Source: an uncultured virus (IMG/VR IMGVR_UViG_3300042346_000356) (lineage: Duplodnaviria > Heunggongvirae > Uroviricota > Caudoviricetes). From it: 64,000 nucleotides of DNA. The stretch is taken from IMG/VR virus record IMGVR_UViG_3300042346_000356; one strand, 5' to 3'. The notes under the pieces were generated by a model. It did no database searches, was not told where the DNA came from, and worked only from the letters and a program-made list of their open reading frames with translations. A program made the translations under genes and the position numbers. Shown here piece after piece: positions 58,039-64,000 of this stretch; the stretch's first letter is position 1; each line of letters starts with the position of its first letter.

Positions 58039-58728
58039 ATTATTTTTAATTTCTTCTATTAGGGCTTTGTGCTTTTTATTTAAAATAAATCTATTATAGT
58101 TTTCAGCCAAAGGCAAGTTTGGGAATTTATCTTTCATCATCACACATTCATGCATAATTTTTTTAATTTGTTCCGTTTCTTTGAATTGTTTTAATATAAC
58201 CTTTTTGTCAGTAATAAAATTAACATAGGCTAAAGGATCATCCTTAGATATCACCAATTCTCTTGAAGAATCCCATAACGAAAATGTTGGAACAATGGGC
58301 CTAAACCATTTACTAATATTGAATTCACCACTCAGGACTGTGGCATATTCTGATGCCTTTGTCTTATGAAAGTATGGTGGGGTTAACTGAATATTAATGT
58401 CATCCTCAGAAAAGAATAGCCATCTAGAGTCGTAGTCTACTGCAGGACCATCTTCAAATACTGGCATTCTTGGTCTAAATTTTTTAGCATCTCTAGTATT
58501 CAATAATTTACCACCACTAAACAATATGTGAAGATTTTCTGTAGATGGAAGTATAAAAGTATTATTAAACATTTCTTGTGCAGACTTACATTTATAATAT
58601 GAAGATCCAGGATCAGTATTCTTATTTCTTTCGCTAACAACACTATTAAAAAGTGGCAGGATGGGCTTAGACGGTCCTAAAGTGGGTAGGTCAGTATCTA
58701 TACACCAATATACTGCAGAAGTGTCCAT
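58030..58728 (-). CDS. Hypothetical protein (start moved downstream of the tRNA)
   Basis: AAGGGGG RBS before ATG at 58728; GEFNISKWFRP. Confidence 0.65.
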   Translation of the reverse strand: MDTSAVYWCIDTDLPTLGPSKPILPLFNSVVSERNKNTDPGSSYYKCKSAQEMFNNTFILPSTENLHILFSGGKLLNTRDAKKFRPRMPVFEDGPAVDYDSRWLFFSEDDINIQLTPPYFHKTKASEYATVLSGEFNISKWFRPIVPTFSLWDSSRELVISKDDPLAYVNFITDKKVILKQFKETEQIKKIMHECVMMKDKFPNLPLAENYNRFILNKKHKALIEEIKNNLV

Positions 58729-58751
58729 AATCCCCCTTAGAGTCTTTCTAG

Positions 58752-58824
58752 CACCCCTGGCAGGAATTGAACCTGCGACGCTTGGCTTAGAAGTCCAACG
58801 TTCTGTCCACTGAACTACAGAGGT
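58752..58824 (-). tRNA. tRNA-Arg(TCT)
   Basis: ACCTCTG/CAGGGGT acceptor, CTTCTAA loop, GCAGG-TTCAATT-CCTGC T-arm. Confidence 0.9.
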
Positions 58825-58832
58825 ATACGCTA

Positions 58833-58875
58833 AGTATACACCCAGGAAGTCTTGTATGTCAAACTGTGATATAAT
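58833..58875. promoter_or_regulatory. Back-to-back promoters for tRNA-Arg (-) and 58882 (+)
   Basis: Minus strand TTGACA-18 nt-TATACT; plus strand TGATATAAT 6 nt before ATG. Confidence 0.7.
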
Positions 58876-58881
58876 TATAAA

Positions 58882-59211
58882 ATGTCTGAAAATCCAATAA
58901 TGCCAACAAGCACATACCAAGGCTGCGAATGTGAGACCTGCAAAGAACTTAATGTAGACTGCCCAGACTGCCCTGTATGCTCTCCAAACGCCGATTCAGA
59001 GGTTGCTATGGCCATGTATGACTCATCAATTGGGAAGGCTGATCCGTGCTGGGATGGGTATGTCCAGCGTGGGATGAAGCCAGGAGAAGATGGTAGCCCA
59101 GTCCCTAACTGCGTTCCAGTAGAAAAAAATGAATCATTGTTTAGTGCAATAAAAGAAGATGCAAAAGATTATTCAAAAGATACAAGAATTACTAGTTTAT
59201 TTAAGGGGTAA
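58882..59211 (+). CDS. Cys-rich protein with a CWDGY...PNCVP module
   Basis: CECETC...CPDCPVC; leaderless start. Confidence 0.7.
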   Translation: MSENPIMPTSTYQGCECETCKELNVDCPDCPVCSPNADSEVAMAMYDSSIGKADPCWDGYVQRGMKPGEDGSPVPNCVPVEKNESLFSAIKEDAKDYSKDTRITSLFKG

Positions 59212-59213
59212 GA

Positions 59214-59345
59214 ATGCCAAAGAAAAAAGCAACAGCGTTTAATCCAATTCAGATAAAAGATGGATGGATTGTAAGACTATATAAAGATGGTCGTGTTAAG
59301 TCTAAGATTGCACCATATGAACCAAAGCACCCTAAGAAGTCTTAA
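59214..59345 (+). CDS. 43-aa basic peptide
   Basis: MPKKKATAFNPIQIKDGWIVRLYKDGR; AAGGGG RBS. Confidence 0.6.
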   Translation: MPKKKATAFNPIQIKDGWIVRLYKDGRVKSKIAPYEPKHPKKS

Positions 59346-59778
59346 GTAGCAATACCTTATCACTACAAATTCCATAAATATTATTGTAGTTTCTTGTATC
59401 AGTTGTTTCTAGATCAACTATAATTGAGTTGGGTCCAACTTCCATTCCTGGATATGTCCATACCTTGTTATTACTTGTTAATGTAAAATCATCTAATTGA
59501 TGCCAAAAGTAATTGTATGTTGGAAAATATTTGATGAAATGGTTTAAGGCTTCTAGATTTTTACAATGAAACCAGGAGTGACTAGATATCCTATAAAAGT
59601 CTTCTGGTGAAAGTAAATGTTTAGGTTCATCGTGTCCAAGGTATAGTTTGCCATCTATTGCCCAAATATCTACTTCAACATTAAACCCTAGGTTGATAGC
59701 ACTTGTTAGTTGATCTACCGTGTTTTCTGTTTCTGGGTTTGGACCAGAGATATTTCCTCTATGCGCTATTAATATCAA
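59332..59778 (-). CDS. Glycerophosphodiester phosphodiesterase-like protein
   Basis: IAHRGN, EN, VEVD, LGHD, GICSD; TTG start coupled to the upstream stop. Confidence 0.75.
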   Translation of the reverse strand: MILIAHRGNISGPNPETENTVDQLTSAINLGFNVEVDIWAIDGKLYLGHDEPKHLLSPEDFYRISSHSWFHCKNLEALNHFIKYFPTYNYFWHQLDDFTLTSNNKVWTYPGMEVGPNSIIVDLETTDTRNYNNIYGICSDKVLLLKTS

Positions 59779-61112
59779 TTGTGCTTCTCCAAAAATATTG
59801 CAAGGTCCTCTGGAGTTCCAAGTCCCCACATCTCATAAATCTTTTCAGATTTAATAATCTTTTCATCTTTAATTGCCTCATTGTAGACTGGACATATATA
59901 AAATTCATTATTTGTTTTATTTCCAGATGAAATCATTTGATTTGTATATTTAATAAAGTCTGCTCCAGTTTTCCAATAATATATGCCACACGTAGCCTCA
60001 TCACTAATAGCATTTTTTTCAGCAACAGCCCCAACAAATCCAAACTTATTTTGTTTTACAAACGACCACTTGCTGTCAGTAGCAGAAAATGTTAGGATTC
60101 CCCCATCAATACCACTTCTTATAAATTCTTTTATTGTCCTCTTACTATTCCATACAACATACTGATCAGAGTTTGCAATAATAAGTGGTGAATCATTATC
60201 TATATAATCTTTTGCTAAAAGTGCAGATTTTGCAGCACCATCTAATCTGCCGTCTTGTAATATTAAGGTGAAGTCTTTGCACATTAGAGACAGATGACCA
60301 GATATATTATGCTTATCTTCGTCTTCTTTTCTTGCAACAAAGATATAGTGAGCATCTATACCTATATTATCTATGACTAATTCAATCATACTTTTATCGT
60401 TTACATTTATTAATGGTTTGGGCATATGATAACCAACCGATCTAAATCTAGATCCTTCGCCTGCCATTGGAATCAACACATTTGGCTTTTGTTTTAAACC
60501 AGATAATTCATTTTGTATTTTTGTTAAGGTTAGGTCTGATCTATTTTTTATTGTTACTAGACGTGCACCAGAAAGTATTGCTGCCGTTCTTCCAGTGTAA
60601 CTATCTTCAAATATTGTTGTTGAATGCTTGCTTGCTTCAAGTTTATCTATGCACACATTATACATATCTGGGCTCGGCTTTGGATTGACTACATCCTCAT
60701 TGCTTATATAGAAGTCAATTATATCAATAACTCCAAGAGATGTTAGACAGGCCTTAAGGGTTTTATTAATACTATTACTTGCCACTGCCAACTTTATGTT
60801 ATTATTTTTGATTGTAGTAAATATCTGAATAAGTTCTTCATCTTTTTTTAGCATCTCAAAAAAAGATATAGACTTTTCTTGCTTAGACTTCCAAATTTGA
60901 TCGTAATAGTGCTCTGGTAATCCACGTGTATCTGTAAGTATTTTTAATTTCTGATTTGTTGTTAATCCCTCAAAGGTATTCTTTTGATCATCCTCATTGA
61001 TAGTATATTTAGGGTCAACCTGCTCTAAGGCTTGGTTTAAAGATAGGTGGTGTATTTCTTTACTATCCACCAAAACACCGTCTAAATCAAAAACAAAAAG
61101 TTTATTGCTCAC
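59775..61112 (-). CDS. HAD phosphatase fused to a sugar nucleotidyltransferase-like domain
   Basis: FDLDGVL, KPSP, FEDS; IPMAGEGSRF, PKPLI, LGTPEDL. Confidence 0.85.
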   Translation of the reverse strand: MSNKLFVFDLDGVLVDSKEIHHLSLNQALEQVDPKYTINEDDQKNTFEGLTTNQKLKILTDTRGLPEHYYDQIWKSKQEKSISFFEMLKKDEELIQIFTTIKNNNIKLAVASNSINKTLKACLTSLGVIDIIDFYISNEDVVNPKPSPDMYNVCIDKLEASKHSTTIFEDSYTGRTAAILSGARLVTIKNRSDLTLTKIQNELSGLKQKPNVLIPMAGEGSRFRSVGYHMPKPLINVNDKSMIELVIDNIGIDAHYIFVARKEDEDKHNISGHLSLMCKDFTLILQDGRLDGAAKSALLAKDYIDNDSPLIIANSDQYVVWNSKRTIKEFIRSGIDGGILTFSATDSKWSFVKQNKFGFVGAVAEKNAISDEATCGIYYWKTGADFIKYTNQMISSGNKTNNEFYICPVYNEAIKDEKIIKSEKIYEMWGLGTPEDLAIFLEKHN

Positions 61113-61152
61113 AAAATCTCTTTCCTAGTCTATACTATTATACACCAGATAG

Positions 61153-61226
61153 TAGAGCAGGTAGGACTTGAACCTACGATAACCGAATTATGAGTTCGGG
61201 GCCTTAACCAACTTGGCTACTGCTCC
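61153..61226 (-). tRNA. tRNA with CAT anticodon (elongator Met or Ile2)
   Basis: GGAGCAG/CTGCTCT acceptor, CCGAA-CTCATAA-TTCGG arm, GTAGG-TTCAAGT-CCTAC T-arm. Confidence 0.9.
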
Positions 61227-61236
61227 TTATACAGTA

Positions 61237-61265
61237 AGTATACTGTCGCTAGCGGCTATTGTCAA
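61237..61265 (-). promoter_or_regulatory. Promoter for tRNA(CAT)
   Basis: TTGACA-17 nt-TATACT. Confidence 0.8.
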
Positions 61266-61880
61266 CTATTGTTTGTTATATCTATCAATAACCTTATTAT
61301 AAAGTGATTCTGAAATAGAAAGATATTCTTTTATTTCTTTCAACTCTAAAATTTTTTGAACATTTTCAACACCCTTATCTGATTTGTCTCTTGGGTATCT
61401 TCTTTTATCAGTAGTTAGACTATTTAATATTTCAGAAAGAGGATTATCAAAAAAGTTATTATTTTTTATTTTTGTTTTTTGAATTTCTGATAAATTATTG
61501 TCTATTGCAAGTTTTATAAAAATATCTTTTGTCTTTGTTGTAAAGTCTTCAAATGACAATATGTAAAAATTTTCATTATCTAATATGTCATTAAAGTAAC
61601 CTATCTGTCTATCAATTAGTTGTTTAGCAACAAAAGTTAGATCCTCTTCGTGTCCATACTCATTCTCATTTATTCCAAAAAGCAACGAAGACGTTAGTGT
61701 CTTTTTTGGATCCCTAGCAGTTACAAATACCTTGTAGTCTTTATAGTTTATATCTGTTCCAATTGTAGAGTCCTTGCTTTTATTGTGTGTAGTTATTACA
61801 TCATTAAATATATGATTAAGGCAGTGTGATACAAAATGGGTTCCAGTTCTTTCTAAAGTGTAAACAAGTATTGGCTTCAT
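61266..61880 (-). CDS. Sulfotransferase-like protein
   Basis: LERTGTHF (5'-PSB-like), ARDP...S (3'-PB-like), LSFEDF. Confidence 0.6.
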   Translation of the reverse strand: MKPILVYTLERTGTHFVSHCLNHIFNDVITTHNKSKDSTIGTDINYKDYKVFVTARDPKKTLTSSLLFGINENEYGHEEDLTFVAKQLIDRQIGYFNDILDNENFYILSFEDFTTKTKDIFIKLAIDNNLSEIQKTKIKNNNFFDNPLSEILNSLTTDKRRYPRDKSDKGVENVQKILELKEIKEYLSISESLYNKVIDRYNKQ

Positions 61881-61888
61881 CTGATTGT

Positions 61889-62359
61889 CTACTGCCCCTT
61901 AGTTAATCTAATTACTTTGTCTCTAGAGATATCGCTTGTCTTGCTAAGTTCTCCATTTAAATACATATTTTTTACATCGTCAGATGTTACAGTCCAATAC
62001 TCAACAACAGGAAATGTTGTAATATCAGCAAGGAAATACCCATCAACCAGATCCAACTTATCAATGAAACCTTTTTCATCAAAACTTCTACCGCTACCTT
62101 TCATATTGCTGGGGCAAAAATAAACTCCCTGTTTAGTAACTGATCTAACTTCCCATATCCTACCGCTGTGATCCTTAAAGTCATATGGAGCGCCTTCAGA
62201 TTCTGGCAGGGTTCCAAAAGCAACTTCATTGCAAAGTCTGCGTTCAATTAAGAATGATATGCGCCTTCCATCAGTAAAATACTTTATTGTATCTTCTTCA
62301 GATATGCCCATTGCTGTTGAAAGTAGTTTAACATCCCAAATAAGAACGCCTTTATACAT
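61889..62359 (-). CDS. Hypothetical protein, possible PD-(D/E)XK nuclease fold
   Basis: E...YD...WEVR. Confidence 0.4.
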   Translation of the reverse strand: MYKGVLIWDVKLLSTAMGISEEDTIKYFTDGRRISFLIERRLCNEVAFGTLPESEGAPYDFKDHSGRIWEVRSVTKQGVYFCPSNMKGSGRSFDEKGFIDKLDLVDGYFLADITTFPVVEYWTVTSDDVKNMYLNGELSKTSDISRDKVIRLTKGQ

Positions 62360-62520
62360 TATTTGGCCAACAAACCGATTAGAAGGCCAATGAGAAAAGA
62401 TCCAATACCAATTACCCAGTGATATGATTGTTTTAGATAATCTCTAATAATTCTAAGTTGAATATCTTCTGGAACATCAATCTCATACTTAGAATCAACA
62501 TCGATAGTGTATATACGCAT
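62359..62520 (-). CDS. 53-aa protein with a C-terminal TM helix
   Basis: Manual translation; TAATG coupling at both ends. Confidence 0.6.
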   Translation of the reverse strand: MRIYTIDVDSKYEIDVPEDIQLRIIRDYLKQSYHWVIGIGSFLIGLLIGLLAK

Positions 62521-62624
62521 TAGTGCTCCTTTTTAATATGACGATTAAGGGTTTCCATTGCAAATATTCCCCATCTAACTTCTATACCACGCTTACATTT
62601 TGGACAAGTAACTTCTCTACTCAC
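62520..62624 (-). CDS. 34-aa single C2H2-type zinc-finger peptide
   Basis: MSREVTCPKCKRGIEVRWGIFAMETLNRHIKKEH. Confidence 0.55.
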   Translation of the reverse strand: MSREVTCPKCKRGIEVRWGIFAMETLNRHIKKEH

Positions 62625-62709
62625 CCTGATCAACTCCGTATGTCATTTGAATGTAGCATACTGCCCATCCCGCAAGAAAAGCGGGAATTAAAAATAGTGC
62701 GTGAATCAT
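62617..62709 (-). CDS. 30-aa hydrophobic peptide
   Basis: AGGAGG RBS; downstream of the TTGACT-17 nt-TATACT promoter (62737..62765). Confidence 0.55.
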   Translation of the reverse strand: MIHALFLIPAFLAGWAVCYIQMTYGVDQGE

Positions 62710-62767
62710 GTTATCCTCCTAAATGGTTATATATAAAGTATACTCCTACTTACTTAAAAAGTCAAAT

Positions 62768-62883
62768 TGAGCAGTTTATAGACGACTGCTCAGGTCTATT
62801 AGCCACGAAGGTTCGACTCCTGCCAACTCTCCACTCGAAGGAGCATCCGTTGTAAAACCTTTTAAAGTCTCATAGCGGAATGC
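62768..62883 (-). ncRNA. Candidate structured small RNA 1 (~116 nt)
   Basis: Own TATAAT, three stem-loops including a T-loop-like TTCGAGT, 3' pseudoknot motif. Confidence 0.6.
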
Positions 62884-62906
62884 TATATATTATACTATAG
62901 TTTTAA

Positions 62907-62974
62907 TGAGCAGTTTTTTACAGTCATGCTCAGGACCATACCAGTTATTTATTGTCGCTGTCTCCCCCGACAAT
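62907..62974 (-). ncRNA. Candidate structured small RNA 2 (~68 nt)
   Basis: Same CTATAGTATAAT element, 7-bp hairpin, same 3' pseudoknot motif. Confidence 0.55.
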
Positions 62975-62983
62975 TAGATTATA

Positions 62984-63388
62984 CTATAGAATTTCTATAG
63001 TCTTGGGTAGTTTGTCTTCTGGGATCTGCTTTTCAAGTCTGATATCTAGGATACCGTCCTTGAATTCAGCCCCAACAACTTCTACAAACTCAGGAAGGGT
63101 GAAGATATCTGTGAACTTGCGAGCAGCAATTCCCTTGTGTAGATACTCTGCGCCCTCTGGCAATTCAGCATCCTGCTTCTCGCCCTTGATTGTAAGTTTG
63201 CGATTGTCTAGCGATACTGAAACATCATCCTTAGAGAACCCAGCCAAAGCAAATGAAAGAATATACTCTGTATCATTTAGTTTGATTTGGTTATAAGGTG
63301 GATAGTTTGTTGTTGTTGTTACCTTCTGTAGATTTGAGAAGGTGTTAAAAAATGGATCATTAAAAAGATCCAGTGCTGTTTTTACCAT
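62984..63388 (-). CDS. Small heat shock protein (Hsp20/IbpA-like)
   Basis: NYPPYN, ALAGF, YLHKGIAAR, DGIL. Confidence 0.95.
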   Translation of the reverse strand: MVKTALDLFNDPFFNTFSNLQKVTTTTNYPPYNQIKLNDTEYILSFALAGFSKDDVSVSLDNRKLTIKGEKQDAELPEGAEYLHKGIAARKFTDIFTLPEFVEVVGAEFKDGILDIRLEKQIPEDKLPKTIEIL

Positions 63389-63389
63389 A

Positions 63390-63440
63390 TTATTCCCCTT
63401 TCAAGCGAATAAGTTAATTTACCCCCCATTTGGGCAGGTA
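63390..63440 (-). promoter_or_regulatory. Structured Hsp20 5' UTR (RNA thermometer candidate)
   Basis: Shine-Dalgarno sequence inside the imperfect hairpin TTATTCGCTTGAAAGGGGAATAA. Confidence 0.55.
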
Positions 63441-63474
63441 TAAATATTATAGCACAGTATGCTACAATTGTAAA

Positions 63475-64000
63475 ATGAGTATAGAGTTTTATCTGGGAGT
63501 TGACAAATTTTTAGTTCAAAACAAGCCAAACGCCACAAATATTATCAATAAAGACCCATATAATATATATATAAACTTTTGGAGAGGTGGATACTCCAAA
63601 CCTATCATTGAGTCTGTAACTTCATCAATGCCAAATCTCTACATATATGATCATTTAACTATTATAAGTGAAACGGACTCTGGAGTTGAAGAAGTAGTTA
63701 AGGTTGATACAAAGAATCCAACCCTCTTGTCTGTTTATAATTCAAATTATTTGCATTTTTTATATGAAACTATAGGAAGAGTATTGTATTTAAGATATTT
63801 GGGCTTAGACTTTTATACAAAGATATTGGTCCAGGGATATCTAGATAATTTAATATTTTCAAAGTCAAACTGGGAAGAGTTTGGAATTTTACAAGATGAT
63901 ATATTATATACAACTCAATTTAAAGAATTAAGTTTGTCTAAATCAATTAACACATCTAGCAAAAGCCTCATACATTTAGAAAGTTACTCAATAACATCTA
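63475..64000 (+). CDS. Partial ORF, possible GT61/DUF563-like glycosyltransferase
   Basis: Leaderless ATG 6 nt after TGCTACAAT; NYLHFLYE motif; runs off the window end. Confidence 0.5.
   Translation, partial: MSIEFYLGVDKFLVQNKPNATNIINKDPYNIYINFWRGGYSKPIIESVTSSMPNLYIYDHLTIISETDSGVEEVVKVDTKNPTLLSVYNSNYLHFLYETIGRVLYLRYLGLDFYTKILVQGYLDNLIFSKSNWEEFGILQDDILYTTQFKELSLSKSINTSSKSLIHLESYSITS

Noticed and set aside
58729..58920. N-terminal 64 aa of the 296-aa minus-strand ORF
   Set aside because: It runs through tRNA-Arg and its promoter; the SD-supported start is at 58728
62806..62827. Plus-strand GGTTCGACTCC as part of a tRNA
   Set aside because: No D arm, anticodon arm or acceptor stem could be built; promoters and the pseudoknot favour the minus strand, although the strand is not proven
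62523..62855. Plus-strand 110-aa ORF
   Set aside because: It lies antisense to coupled minus-strand micro-genes, their promoter and the structured RNA, and has no recognisable motif
26..64000. Stop-codon reassignment
   Set aside because: The standard code gives dense full-length genes ending in TAA, TAG and TGA, and no suppressor tRNA was found

Overview
This is a 64 kb piece of a large, AT-rich tailed dsDNA phage genome with siphovirus-type morphogenesis. An actinobacterial host is likely, given the WhiB gene, FdxA-type ferredoxin, many leaderless genes and tRNAs without encoded CCA. The gene order is: head and tail genes (1-27 kb, including a 3401-aa tape measure protein); replication and recombination (DnaB, DnaG, SSB, DnaE, RecA, Cas4-like, RuvC-like; 27-39 kb); terminase (39.5-41.8 kb); then a long accessory region. 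That region holds exported surface proteins, two proteases, glycan-modifying and sulfur enzymes, endolysin, holin, three tRNAs and Hsp20. The strongest candidates for undescribed biology are: (1) a translationally coupled carbamoyltransferase + SGNH-fold module flanked by two short Lys-rich peptides that both end in YIY, a possible Tyr-mediated carbamoyl relay; (2) two tandem small RNAs with identical promoters and a covarying 3' pseudoknot; (3) a PA14 surface protein whose signal peptide is only reachable from a non-canonical start such as ATT; (4) duplicated, separately promoted tail chaperone genes replacing the usual programmed frameshift. All functional calls come from manual motif recognition; no searches were run.
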